Assembly: GCA_963785305.1 (NCBI GenBank)
Contig: CAWAUV010000008.1
Coordinates: 768,001 to 832,000 of the forward strand
Reading direction: 5' to 3'
From: an uncultured Planctomycetaceae bacterium
GTDB taxonomy: Bacteria > Planctomycetota > Planctomycetia > Pirellulales > PALSA-1355
DNA: 64,000 nt
Shown piece by piece: positions 7,962-18,297 of the stretch. Under the pieces are notes generated by a model, which saw only the letters and a program-made list of their open reading frames with translations, did not search any database and had not been told where the DNA came from. The position numbers were made by a program, and so were the translations under genes. The stretch's first letter is position 1. Each line of letters begins with the position of its first letter.

Positions 7962-8984
7962 TTACGGCTTGAGCACCGCTTTCACGATTTGGCCGGAGTG
8001 CATCTGCTCGAAGGCTTCGTGCCAATCGGCCAGCGGCCACACGCCGCCGATGATCTTCGACACATCGAGAGCCCCGGTCGAGAGCAGCCGCAGCACGCGC
8101 TCCCAGATCGGCCAGTTGTGGCTGAAGCTGCCGGCCAAGGTCACGTTTTTCTGCACCAGCGGGTCGAGCGAAAATCCGAGCGGCGCCCGGCCCCAGCCTA
8201 CTTTGCTGATCCAGCCATTGGGCCGCACGATATCCATCGCCGTTTTGAGCGCGGCCGAAATACCCACCGCGTCGACCACGCCATCGACTCCCAGTCCATC
8301 GACCGCGCGGGCCCAGTCGTCGAGCCCGTCGACAATCGGTTCGCAGCCGAAAGCCGTCGCCACTTGGAGCCGACCGCGATCGCGTTCCAGGCCCACGACC
8401 GCCACCTCGGCCCCTTGCAGCCGGGCCATCGCCGCGCACAAGAGGCCGATCGGTCCCGGCCCTAGCACCACGATCCGATCGCCGGGCCGCACATGTCCGT
8501 GCATCACAACAGCGTTGTAGGCCACGCAACAGGGCTCGGTGAGCCCGGCCTTTTCGAACGCGAGCGAATCGGGCACGCGATGCAAACACCGAGCCGGCAC
8601 TCGCACATAGCGCGTCATCGCGCCATCGACTCCGTAGCCAAAGCCCTTGCGCGTGGGGTCGAGATTGTAAAGTCCTTGACGCGAGAACGGGCTATCGGGA
8701 TCGATCACGGCGGCGGTTTCGCTTACGGCCCGGTCGCCGGCTTTCCAGCGCGTGACACGATCCCCCACATCGGCCACGACTCCGGCGAATTCGTGGCCCA
8801 GCACCACCGGATAATTCACCGGCCAGCTATGTTCGGCGGTCCACTGATGCAAGTCGCTGCCGCAAACACCCACGGCGGCCACTTCCAAGAGCACATCCTC
8901 GGGCCCGATCGTAGGCCGCGGAATATCGCGCAGCTCGACAGCATGTTTCTTGTTTTCGTAGTTGACGACGGCGGCTTGACTCAT
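7962..8984 (-). CDS. Zinc-dependent (MDR family) sugar-alcohol dehydrogenase
   Basis: GVCGSDLH, LGHEFAG, EPCCVA and GPGPIG Rossmann motif. Confidence 0.92.
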   Translation of the reverse strand: MSQAAVVNYENKKHAVELRDIPRPTIGPEDVLLEVAAVGVCGSDLHQWTAEHSWPVNYPVVLGHEFAGVVADVGDRVTRWKAGDRAVSETAAVIDPDSPFSRQGLYNLDPTRKGFGYGVDGAMTRYVRVPARCLHRVPDSLAFEKAGLTEPCCVAYNAVVMHGHVRPGDRIVVLGPGPIGLLCAAMARLQGAEVAVVGLERDRGRLQVATAFGCEPIVDGLDDWARAVDGLGVDGVVDAVGISAALKTAMDIVRPNGWISKVGWGRAPLGFSLDPLVQKNVTLAGSFSHNWPIWERVLRLLSTGALDVSKIIGGVWPLADWHEAFEQMHSGQIVKAVLKP

Positions 8985-9034
8985 GGGAACGGCGATCCTG
9001 AACGAAAAAGGGAGGAGTTAGGAATCATTTGCTG

Positions 9035-9934
9035 CTATGGCACAAGTAATTGCCTTTTGTGCTGCTCAGCCTCGTAAGCTTCACGGATTTCCTTTGCGGA
9101 TTCCGATCCGAATCCCCTGGTCGCGTCGATGTAGGGCCAGACACGACCGGCGAGCGCCTTCTTCGATTCGCGTAATTGAGAAATGTTCGCCGTAACCAGT
9201 TTCACAAACCGATCGGCGCGGTCCCGCGGCACGAGCTCGGGATTGAATTTCGGCGTTTGCGCCAGCGCGAGTTCGGCGGCTTCGATCTGGAGCTCGTAGA
9301 GCGGCTTCCCGCGCCGAGGCGCCCACCATTCGGCGAGCTTCGCGGGCGTGTCAAATAATTGCAGCGGCGGCACGGGATACCCATTCCATGGCAAGCGCGG
9401 CGACGGGGAAAAATAGGACCTGCGCAGTTCAGCTTGAGCGATTATATGACAGATGTCGCCCACCGTCATTATATGTAATTGTTCGTCCAGACGCCGAGTG
9501 AGCGCGTAACGCTTGTCGAGACAGTTACTGGCCAGCACGGGCCAAAAATCCACGCTATATGCCTCGAGCAGGCGATTGAGAGCGTCAGTAACGCGTTTGT
9601 CTTCCTTCCAATCGTATTTCTCCGAAAAAAGTGGGAACCATGTATTTGGTCTTTTTTTGATGTAAGCTTTTATCGCAATCGGGGCAGGGTTCTGGTTTGC
9701 GAGCGCGTCGATAATCTCTTGCGCCGTCGCATCGGAAGAACGCGCGGGGGCGGGCGACTGGGAACCGCCCTCGGATCCGGAAGCGACGGCCGACTTTGTA
9801 CTCTCATTGCCATTCGGTTTGGAATCGTCTTCGCCGAACGCGGCGACGGCGGCGGCCATCATTAGGACGGCCGGCCCGATTCTCATGCAGTCATACGAAA
9901 AACGCGAGACGCCAAGCGTCTGCCAATCAACCAT
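9035..9934 (-). CDS. Hypothetical exported protein; candidate immunity/partner of the upstream Hint-domain protein
   Basis: Co-oriented 49 nt downstream of the toxin-like gene; signal-peptide-like MRIGPAVLMMAAAVAAFG (alternative start 9886). Confidence 0.6.
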   Translation of the reverse strand: MVDWQTLGVSRFSYDCMRIGPAVLMMAAAVAAFGEDDSKPNGNESTKSAVASGSEGGSQSPAPARSSDATAQEIIDALANQNPAPIAIKAYIKKRPNTWFPLFSEKYDWKEDKRVTDALNRLLEAYSVDFWPVLASNCLDKRYALTRRLDEQLHIMTVGDICHIIAQAELRRSYFSPSPRLPWNGYPVPPLQLFDTPAKLAEWWAPRRGKPLYELQIEAAELALAQTPKFNPELVPRDRADRFVKLVTANISQLRESKKALAGRVWPYIDATRGFGSESAKEIREAYEAEQHKRQLLVP

Positions 9935-9983
9935 GTTCGCCTCGGTGTATTCAAAATTTGTCGAGGAATGATTTTTCAAACCG

Positions 9984-11795
9984 TCATGGCACAATAAATG
10001 ACTCGGGCAATTGCGGCCGGTAGACATGTTGGATTTGAGTATCTCCGGAAAACTGCATCACATGCGCGATTACGTCGGATTTTGAGACAACTCGCCCCAG
10101 GAAAACAAAGACGAATTTGGCGCCGTCGTAAATGACATTCGTGCCCTCCGAGCCCGGTGTTCCGTCGTTGCCAAGACCCCTGAACCAAACTTGATCGCCT
10201 CGCTGAAGTTTCGTTACATCAATGCCTTTATCGTTTTCGATCGATTTTGCAAAGTGCTCCATGAATGTTTTGCCGTCGTTCATGTTCAATGGGTTGCCGT
10301 CGGCGTCGTAGGTGTTGCCAACCACTCCGCCGTTCGCCTTCACCAAGTCGCGGATCCACTGGAGCCCCGCAGTATTTCCTGTCGCGTTGAAGAGGTCGAT
10401 GAATCCTTTCACGATGATGAGGTCCGCCAATTTCCGGCAATAAATCTCGTATTTCTCGGCATTGTTCCAAATATCTTCAATCGCGGAAATTGGATCGACA
10501 CCATCCTTGACTTTGAATTTTTCGTTCCCGTTTGAGCCACTTTCTTCCCAAAAATCGCCATTGCGTTTGTTTCCGATCCCGGCGACTTCGCTCTTGGCCG
10601 CCGCCGCAACGATGCTGTCGTTGAGCTTGGATAGGTCGTCCGCCAGCCAAGGCCATTGAATCGGCGCCGGCGCCGCCTCCACGCCGCCGCTCTGATTGTG
10701 AACCAGCACGGCCGGACCGCCGTTACTGGATGCGACGAAATACGTATGGCAGTCGGCCACATGTAGATTGTAAACAGGCGCTACCTCGCCTATATCTTCA
10801 GTGCGCTCGACCGGCGCCCAGACGCCGGTATTCGTCATCAACATGTCGCCCGGCGCAAGCTTCTTGCTCGCTATCCAACCCTTGTCCTTCACGTACCAAG
10901 GATGCTCATGCGTGACGCCTACGCTTCCTCCGCCGAAATACACATGCATGATCGGTCGAGGCGGGTGGTGAAAGACATTTTCAACCCGGCAGCGATGGTT
11001 CAATACCGGTTCGCCGTCAACGTTATCTGGGAGCGAAGCGATCTCCGCGTCGCCTAACGCGGTCCGAAGGATATCGCCAACGCGCAGGTGGCGACGTGCA
11101 ACCCATCGCCCCTCGACTGCGTCGGCGGGCGGCGGAGCATCAAAGCGAGGCGGGCGGGATTCGAGGTCCGGGCCGGAAATGACCCATATAAGGCGAACGT
11201 CGGCAACGGGCGCGATTAGTGGTAAGGTAAAAGCATCGTCGCTCAATTCGACGACAAATGAGCGCTCGCCATCCGCGCCGATCACGATGTCGTTCAAACA
11301 AAGGTCCCGACCTGACACCCAACGGCCCGTAGCGGGTCCCGGCGGCGTGACCGTCTGTTGCTGGACATCTGGGCGACTCCACAAGTCATTGCCCTCGACC
11401 ACCCAATAGACGAAAACGGGCGGCGGCAGGGTCGCCGCGTCGCGATCGGGTATAAACCGGCGGACACGGGGCGCTTCAGCCGGGTTCGGCGGAAGCGACA
11501 CGACCTCAAGTTGGCGGCAATCTCGGTCCAAAAGAACATCGCCTTCGCGGAGGTAAGATCGGGCTACCCATCGACCCCGATCGCTCGCTTTCGTGGGTGG
11601 AATGGCATTCAGATGCCTGCTAAATGAAACGGCCCGCGAAGTCAAAGCGTGCCCCGATTCAACCCAGAATAGCTGTTCAGTCGAGAGTATCGCCTTCTTT
11701 GAATTCAGCCGCGCTCGCCATTCTGCCGCACGAACATCCCGCTTTTTCGCCGTTGCGATCTTCTTACGAAGCTTCGCTTCACTTCTTGTCGCCAT
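9984..11795 (-). CDS. Polymorphic-toxin-like protein: 3 N-terminal repeats + pretoxin Hint domain + Tgl transglutaminase-like C-terminal domain
   Basis: VTHEHPWYV and VYNLHVADCHTYFV...VLVHN Hint motifs; C-terminal DPISAIEDIWNNAEKYEIYC and RGDQVWF...EGTNVIY; ATG 11795 after AAGGGG. Confidence 0.8.
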   Translation of the reverse strand: MATRSEAKLRKKIATAKKRDVRAAEWRARLNSKKAILSTEQLFWVESGHALTSRAVSFSRHLNAIPPTKASDRGRWVARSYLREGDVLLDRDCRQLEVVSLPPNPAEAPRVRRFIPDRDAATLPPPVFVYWVVEGNDLWSRPDVQQQTVTPPGPATGRWVSGRDLCLNDIVIGADGERSFVVELSDDAFTLPLIAPVADVRLIWVISGPDLESRPPRFDAPPPADAVEGRWVARRHLRVGDILRTALGDAEIASLPDNVDGEPVLNHRCRVENVFHHPPRPIMHVYFGGGSVGVTHEHPWYVKDKGWIASKKLAPGDMLMTNTGVWAPVERTEDIGEVAPVYNLHVADCHTYFVASSNGGPAVLVHNQSGGVEAAPAPIQWPWLADDLSKLNDSIVAAAAKSEVAGIGNKRNGDFWEESGSNGNEKFKVKDGVDPISAIEDIWNNAEKYEIYCRKLADLIIVKGFIDLFNATGNTAGLQWIRDLVKANGGVVGNTYDADGNPLNMNDGKTFMEHFAKSIENDKGIDVTKLQRGDQVWFRGLGNDGTPGSEGTNVIYDGAKFVFVFLGRVVSKSDVIAHVMQFSGDTQIQHVYRPQLPESFIVP

Positions 11796-12086
11796 GAAAT
11801 TCCCCTTGTGGTCCAATTGTTTCGAGGGCGCGGTTCCGACAGGCATCTATCACGTTCCGAAGCCGAACATCAATCTTTTTTTGTGCGAGGCATCACCGAG
11901 TACGCGAAACCCGGCCAAAAGCAACCGCGTCGGGTGCGTTCGATCCAACCGGCCGACTGCGTGGCGCTATTCCCCTTTTCTCCCTCGCTCCAGGTTACGA
12001 TGAGCCAGAACGAATCCGGACCGTCATAGCCTGAAACGTTTATGAGGATCCCGAACGATTCTCGCTACGTATTCGACCTCGGGCTG

Positions 12087-12797
12087 TTACTTCTTTTTGC
12101 CGACCGGCACATCGCCGTAGGCATGCACTTTTTCGCAGATCAGCCGCAGCGAGCCTTCGAGATCGCCGCTCGCGGTCTTGAAAGCGTCGGCGTCGACCGT
12201 GAGCGGGGCGCCGAGCACAACCAGCGGAGCGCCGTATTCCGGAGTGCGAACCGCTTGTTCGAGCGTCAATCCGCCCACGGCTTGCACCGGCACGCTCACC
12301 GCCTCGACCACGGCCCGAAGCTGGTCGAGCGGGCTCGGCATACGCTGCCCCCGGGCGGCGATACCGCGACGTTCGTCGTAGCCAATATGGTGAATCACGA
12401 AGTCGCAGCCGAGGTCCTCGAGCCACTTGGCGCCGGCGACCATATCTTCGCATACCATGTTGTCGCCCATCACCTTGACGCCGAAATCGTGGCCGGCTTT
12501 CACCACGCAGCGAATCGTTTCTTCATGGGCCCGAGCCATGACCACCACATGCGTGGCGCCGGCCTTGGCCATCATCTCGGCTTCGAGGTAGCCGCCGTCC
12601 ATCGTCTTGAGATCGGCCACGATCGGCGTGTTCGGAAAGCGCTCTCGCAGGGCACGCACTCCGTGCATGCCCTCGGCGATAATCAGCGGAGTGCCGGCTT
12701 CGAGCCAGTCGACGCCGGCGCGCATCGCAATCGTCGCGGTTTCCAGGGCTTCGGCGGCGCTCGTCAAATCGAGCGAAATCTGCACGATCGGTTTCAT
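12087..12797 (-). CDS. HUMPS/KGPDC (OMP-decarboxylase-like) family protein
   Basis: VQISLD, WLEAGTPLI, IVADLKTMDGG and HHIGYD. Confidence 0.88.
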   Translation of the reverse strand: MKPIVQISLDLTSAAEALETATIAMRAGVDWLEAGTPLIIAEGMHGVRALRERFPNTPIVADLKTMDGGYLEAEMMAKAGATHVVVMARAHEETIRCVVKAGHDFGVKVMGDNMVCEDMVAGAKWLEDLGCDFVIHHIGYDERRGIAARGQRMPSPLDQLRAVVEAVSVPVQAVGGLTLEQAVRTPEYGAPLVVLGAPLTVDADAFKTASGDLEGSLRLICEKVHAYGDVPVGKKK

Positions 12798-12846
12798 GGC
12801 GGGCTCTTCTCGGAGGGCGAATTCGGGGAGACGGGCTTCGATCCTT

Positions 12847-13749
12847 TTACCGGGACTTCGGCGGTTCCTCGGAGCGCGGCGTCAACACAAGCCGCACTCG
12901 CGTGCCCTTGGGAGGAATGTGTTCGGTAAACGCCTCGAACGAACGCTGCTCGTTGGCCTCGGAGCTCTCGACCGGCAGATCGAGCATCGCGTCGGGAAAA
13001 TTCGACACGCAAATAAAATCGCCATCGTCGGCGCGGTAATGCGGTTTGCCATCGCCGCCAATACCCATGCTGCTGCCGGCGAATACCCAGGTGGTTTCGA
13101 GCGGCTTTTGCGTGCGATTGTCGCGAATCCATTCTTGGGCCGCCTCGCGATGCACCACGCCTTTCTCGTCGGTCCAAATCAGCGTGATATCGATCGGTTC
13201 TCCGGTGGCCGCCACATAGTTCGGCTGCCACTGGGCCGGCTTGCCCGGCTTGGCGCCGATCGCCAGCAGGCCCGCATGCACGATATGCGCATCGACCTCG
13301 ACGGCGATAATCGATTCATGTTCCTTGGTGCCGCGCGGGCAGACGAACATTTCCAAAAATCCCTCGCGCAGGCAGACCGCGCCATCGAACACCACCCGAT
13401 TCTTCGCTTTGTCGAGCCAAACATTTTGCGTGGGAGAAAGTCGCGTCATGCCCGGCGGATCGGGCGCAATTTGTTTGGCGGCGCCAGGCGCCGTCGCCAA
13501 AGGAGTATTATTCGCCGCGGGCGAGTCGGGGCTCGGCTCGGCTGCCGGCGGAGAAACGGGCGTCGATGACGCGCCCGGCGCCGGTTCGTCGGCGGCGCGG
13601 GCCGGCAGCGAATGGGTCCAGGCGGTTGTTCCCAGCGCCAAGGCGCCGGCCAACAGCAGACGGGAAAACGAGAGTCGAGGCGTCGAGGTGCGCAAAAGGC
13701 CGGCGGACATAAGGTCGGCGGACATGGGGGTGAATCCTCCTTCGGCCAT
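12847..13749 (-). CDS. YdjY-like domain exported protein
   Basis: Signal peptide, Pro/Ala linker, then CLREGFLEMFVC..GTKEHES and WVFAGS; start codon uncertain. Confidence 0.7.
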   Translation of the reverse strand: MAEGGFTPMSADLMSAGLLRTSTPRLSFSRLLLAGALALGTTAWTHSLPARAADEPAPGASSTPVSPPAAEPSPDSPAANNTPLATAPGAAKQIAPDPPGMTRLSPTQNVWLDKAKNRVVFDGAVCLREGFLEMFVCPRGTKEHESIIAVEVDAHIVHAGLLAIGAKPGKPAQWQPNYVAATGEPIDITLIWTDEKGVVHREAAQEWIRDNRTQKPLETTWVFAGSSMGIGGDGKPHYRADDGDFICVSNFPDAMLDLPVESSEANEQRSFEAFTEHIPPKGTRVRLVLTPRSEEPPKSR

Positions 13750-14013
13750 GAACGGTAAGCGGGGGGAGTGGCGCGATCCGATCGCGCCAGGCCCAGCGAT
13801 TGAGCTCCATCAACAATCGAGAGTGAGTTCCGAGGCCGCTCGCGCTCGCGCCTGTTCCAGTTCGTGGCCGATGGTTAAGATAGCCTTTTCGCGCGGCGAG
13901 GTCCAATGGCCCTTTCGCCGCGGGAACCCATTGCCCGGCGCGCGGCGTTTGCCCGCCAATCTCGGTTCGAGGGCGCTCCCGAGCGCCGACTCCTTCATAG
14001 GTGATTTGTCCGC

Positions 14014-16148
14014 ATGAGTCTCATGGAACAATCGGGCGCCACCAATGGCCATGCCGTCGCGCCGGCGTGGCGCGACACCGCCGCAATTCCCTGGAGCAGC
14101 GACGCGCCCCGGGCTCTCAGGACTCATTATCCGCGACCCGGCAACGCGGTCGGCTGGCAGCGCTGGCGCCGCCACTTGGCCAAGCGGCTGCAATCCGCGC
14201 GGCCCAAGCGACTGCTCTCCCAGCTCACGGCGGGCAAACATTCCCCGCTGCTTTGGGCTCTACCGGGCGAAGGGCAAGCCGCTTCGATCGCCGACGTGAT
14301 CGAGTCCCTTTGGCGACTCGACCGCCCGCGTTCCGCTCTGGCCAAGCGACAAAGCGGCGCCAGCCATCCAGACGGTCCGAATAAATCGACCGCGGCGAAA
14401 GCAAACGACGCGACCATGCTCGCCGAGCGGCTTGACCAGTGGTTCGAAGCCGCCGCCGCGCCGCCGAGCGTGTGGCATGCGCTCGAAGCCGTGGCCTGGG
14501 CCCGGGCGCTTCCACGGCTCGCCGAAGTGCTCGACGAAGCAACTTGGTGGCGGTTGTGGAACGCGCTCGCGCGGCTTGCAAGCGACGAAAACATGCTGTC
14601 CGGCGACAATCATCCCGCCGAGAGCGTCGCCGCCACGGCGATCGAGCCTCACTCCGAGTCGCCAGGAGCGTCGGCCGCCGGCGGCGAGTTTTCGGCCGCG
14701 GAAGAGTCGTGGCTCATCGGTGAGTTATTGGCCCGCGAACTGCCGCTCACGCTCGGCTTTCAATTGCCCGAGCTTTCGTCGGCCGCTGACTTCGCCCTCG
14801 CGGGCTGGCGCGGCGCGTCGATCGCTTACCGAAAACGTGCTCGGCGGTGGTTTTCTCCCCGGTCGTTTTCATGGGGCCACGCGGTTTTGGTTCGCCTCGG
14901 TCACCCGCTGCTGGACGATTGCTCGAGCCCTCGGCAAGCGAGTCGCGAAAGACCGGCCGAAGACAAAGCAGCCGGGTGTCGAGCCGGAGGCGCTTTTTGC
15001 CCGTCCAAAGCAATACGAGCGTTTGTTGACCACGCTGGCGAGGCTGTGCCGGCCCGACGGCAGCGCGATGCTCGGCGGCGGCGGCGACCGCTGGGATCGG
15101 TCGCTCTTCGCCACGGCTCGGCGACTCACTCGCGGCTCGCCCGCGGCCGAGGCGCTCCGCGAAGTCGATCCCGATAAATCTTCGCGAGGCAAAAAGGGCC
15201 ATGCGAAACGCGCGCATGGCAAGAGCCTATGCGAAGCATCAGGCCACGCCGAAACGGCCCAGTGCGCGCTGCTGCGTTCTGACTGGCGTCGCGATTCACC
15301 CCGGCTAGCGGTGCGATACGATGGCGGCCGCACGCGCATCGAGCTTTTCGCTTGCGGCGAGTCGCTGCTCGCTGGCGACTGGTCATTCGAACTAAAAGCG
15401 GCTGGCGAGCCGGTGGCCCAGAGCGCGACGGTTGACGAGAACTTGGCCGCGACCCAATGCGCGGCATGGGAAGAAATCTGCTGGGTATCGGATTCGGATG
15501 TCGACTATCTCGAGATCGAAGCCAAGCTTCCCGGCGGCGTGAAAGTGCAGCGTCAACTGCTGCTCGCCCGGAAAGATCGTTTTCTGCTCCTTGCCGATGG
15601 CGTGCTCGCGCCACCGTCCACGGGCGCCGAAGATCGCCTGGAAGAGGCCGCGGCGCCGGGAATCGAATATTCGGCCACGCTACGGCTCGCGGCGAATGTC
15701 GCGTTTGAGCCGGCCCGCGAATCCTGCGAGGGCACGCTGATCGGCAAGCGGGCCCGAGTGCGGCGTGCTGCCGCTGGCCCTGCCCGAGTGGCGAACCGCG
15801 TTTGCTCCGAATCGGCTCCTGGCGCGCGAGGGTGGTTTCGGGCTTCATCAGCGGGCAAGCGGGCAGCGACTATTTGCCCCACTGTTTTTCGATCTCGACC
15901 CCAAAGCCGCCGATCGCCCCTTCACCTGGAGGCGGCTCACCGTGGCCGAAGCGCTCGAGCCGCTCGACGACGACGTGGCCGTGGGCTATCGAGTGCGGAT
16001 CGGCAAGCGGCAATGGCTTATCTATCGTTCGCTCGCGCCTCGCGCGCCGCGGAGCGTGTTGGGGCAGCACCTGGCCAGCGAGTTCATGGCCGGCCGCTTT
16101 CGAACGAGCGGCGATGTCGACCGCATGGTGGAAGTAGAAACCGAGTGA
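14014..16148 (+). CDS. Large hypothetical protein, split by at least two frameshifts
   Basis: Three overlapping ORFs (14014-15177, 14432-16192, 15765-16148) give one continuous protein-like sequence with shifts near 14810 and 15760. Confidence 0.6.
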
Positions 16149-16170
16149 CGGCCTTCCTGCGCCGGCGACG

Positions 16171-16884
16171 ATGCATGCCCTTGAATCGGTAATTCATGAC
16201 AACGTGGCCCGAACGCGCGAGCGAATCGCGGCGGCGGCCGAGGCCGCGGGCCGCGACCCGGGCGAAGTGCGGCTTGTGGGCGTGACGAAATATGTCGACG
16301 AAGTCGCGACCCGCGCACTGTTCGAGGCCGGAGTGCGCGACTTGGCCGAAAGTCGGCCGCAGCAGTTGTGGGCCAAGGCCGCGGCGCTCGCCGAGGCCGA
16401 CATCGCTTGGCACTTGATCGGGCCTTTGCAACGCAATAAGATTCGCCGCACGGCGCCGCTGGTGTCGCTTGTGCATTCGTGCGACGACCTACGGCTCCTC
16501 GAGGCCCTGGCGGCCGAGGGCCAAACGCTGGGCCGGCCGATCGACGTGCTTCTGGAGGTGAACATTTCCGGCGAGGCGGCCAAACATGGCTTTGCGCCGG
16601 ACGAACTCCCGGCGGCTCTCCAGCGGGCGGCCGAACTACCGGGAGCGCGAGTGCGCGGGCTGATGGGCATGGCGTCGCTCGAGGGCGGGTCCGCCGCGGC
16701 CGAGCGCAATTTCAGGGCCCTGGCCGCGCTCCGCCGCCAATTGCAGCGTGCTTGTCCGGCCGGGGTGTCGCTCGACGAGCTCTCGATGGGCATGAGCGGC
16801 GACTACGAAATCGCCATTCGCCACGGCGCCACGATCGTGCGAATCGGCTCGGCCCTGTTCAGCGGCGTCGAGCGGCGGGACTGA
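16171..16884 (+). CDS. yggS: PLP homeostasis protein, YggS family
   Basis: LVGVTKY, WHLIGPLQRNK, LSMGMSGDY and VRIGSALF. Confidence 0.95.
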   Translation: MHALESVIHDNVARTRERIAAAAEAAGRDPGEVRLVGVTKYVDEVATRALFEAGVRDLAESRPQQLWAKAAALAEADIAWHLIGPLQRNKIRRTAPLVSLVHSCDDLRLLEALAAEGQTLGRPIDVLLEVNISGEAAKHGFAPDELPAALQRAAELPGARVRGLMGMASLEGGSAAAERNFRALAALRRQLQRACPAGVSLDELSMGMSGDYEIAIRHGATIVRIGSALFSGVERRD

Positions 16885-16984
16885 CCATTATCCCCGCGAT
16901 AAGAACGAAACTTATTCAAGAATACGATTGAATGTCCATGTTGATGTCCAAATCCGCCCTCGGGCTTTAGGAGAATTCGCCATC

Positions 16985-17854
16985 ATGAGTCAAGGCATGT
17001 ACGAAGCCTATGAGCCCGGAATGGGCAGCTATCCCGGCCAGCAGCCGCGCTCGGGTATTCCAATGCGATTGATCCTGGCGGCGATCATGGTGATCGTGTC
17101 GCTGTTTACTTACTACAGCCGAAGCGTGCTCAACCCGATCACCGGCGTGCATCAGCATATCGATCTCTCGGTGCAGCAGGAAACGGCGCTGGGCCTACAA
17201 GCCGTGCCGGCCATGGAGCGCGAAAACGGCGGCGAAAGCCACGATCCGCAAAAGCTGGCCGTGGTCAACCGCGTCGGTCGACGGATCATCGAGCGCAGCG
17301 ACGCGGGCCAGACTCCCTACCACTTCGACTTTCATCTGCTCAACAATGAGCAGGTGGTCAATGCCTTTGCCCTGCCCGGCGGTCAGGTTTTCATGACGAC
17401 CGGGCTGCTCGACAAACTATCAAGCGAGGGCGAAGTGGCGGCGGTGCTCGGCCACGAAATCGGCCATGTGTGCGCGCGGCATGGCGCCGAGCAACTCGCC
17501 AAGCAGCGGCTCACTCAAGGCATGGCCGGCGCCGCGGTGATCGCCACCAGCGACCCGAACCACGGCGGCGGTCGCAACGCCGCCATCGCCATGGCGATCG
17601 CCCAACTCGTGAACCTCAAATTCAGCCGCAACGACGAGTTGCAAGCCGACCAACTTGGAGTGCGCTTCATGTCGGAAGCCGGCTACGACCCGCGCTCGAT
17701 GCTCGAAGTGATGAAAGTGCTGGAACAGGTGGGCGGCTCCGGCGGCTCGGAGTTCTTCGCGACCCACCCGAACCCACCCCGTCGCATGCACGATATCGAG
17801 CTCGCCATTCAACGCACTTTCCCAAACGGCGTGCCGGATAACTTGGAGAAATAA
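16985..17854 (+). CDS. M48 family zinc metallopeptidase
   Basis: NAFALPGG, HEIGH (HExxH), SRNDELQAD and FFATHP. Confidence 0.93.
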   Translation: MSQGMYEAYEPGMGSYPGQQPRSGIPMRLILAAIMVIVSLFTYYSRSVLNPITGVHQHIDLSVQQETALGLQAVPAMERENGGESHDPQKLAVVNRVGRRIIERSDAGQTPYHFDFHLLNNEQVVNAFALPGGQVFMTTGLLDKLSSEGEVAAVLGHEIGHVCARHGAEQLAKQRLTQGMAGAAVIATSDPNHGGGRNAAIAMAIAQLVNLKFSRNDELQADQLGVRFMSEAGYDPRSMLEVMKVLEQVGGSGGSEFFATHPNPPRRMHDIELAIQRTFPNGVPDNLEK

Positions 17855-17968
17855 TGCCGCGGGAAATAGCGCGGCCACCGGCATCGGTGCGGAACATCCG
17901 CAAGCTATTTCGAGATCTTCCGTTTTCACGCGCATTACTCGACGAAAAAGCTCGTTTTGGGCAGCATG

Positions 17969-18034
17969 CCCTCGCTGCCGATTCGGGTTGTGATCGGATG
18001 GAATTTCCGTCCTAACCCGAAGTGTCAGCGAGGG
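17969..18034. repeat. Inverted REP-like doublet
   Basis: CCCTCGCTGCCGATTCGGGTT (17969-17989) and AACCCGAAGTGTCAGCGAGGG (18014-18034) are 18/21 complementary; a related copy lies at 31955-31975. Confidence 0.75.
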
Positions 18035-18297
18035 ATTCCTTGATCCGCTCAGCACCCTACGTCTAGGCGCCGCTTGCACTTAACGACGGAAGACCCGTAT
18101 TTCGCACCCACGCATTGCGATATCCCGAAATCCCATTATTCCGATGGCTGATTGAAATGATCTCCCATCATTTTTATCTACCCAGAAAATGCAACGCAGA
18201 TTGCCCAGTCGTCCCAAATGATTTAGAATGAAACGCAGGCGAAATCTCTCCGGTTTTTGGCCATCGCCTGGCATTGGATTCGTTAAAGGGGGATGCG

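Noticed and set aside
12087..12797. RuMP formaldehyde fixation pathway
   Set aside because: No phosphohexuloisomerase gene nearby, and the family includes sugar-acid decarboxylases; function cannot be assigned from sequence alone
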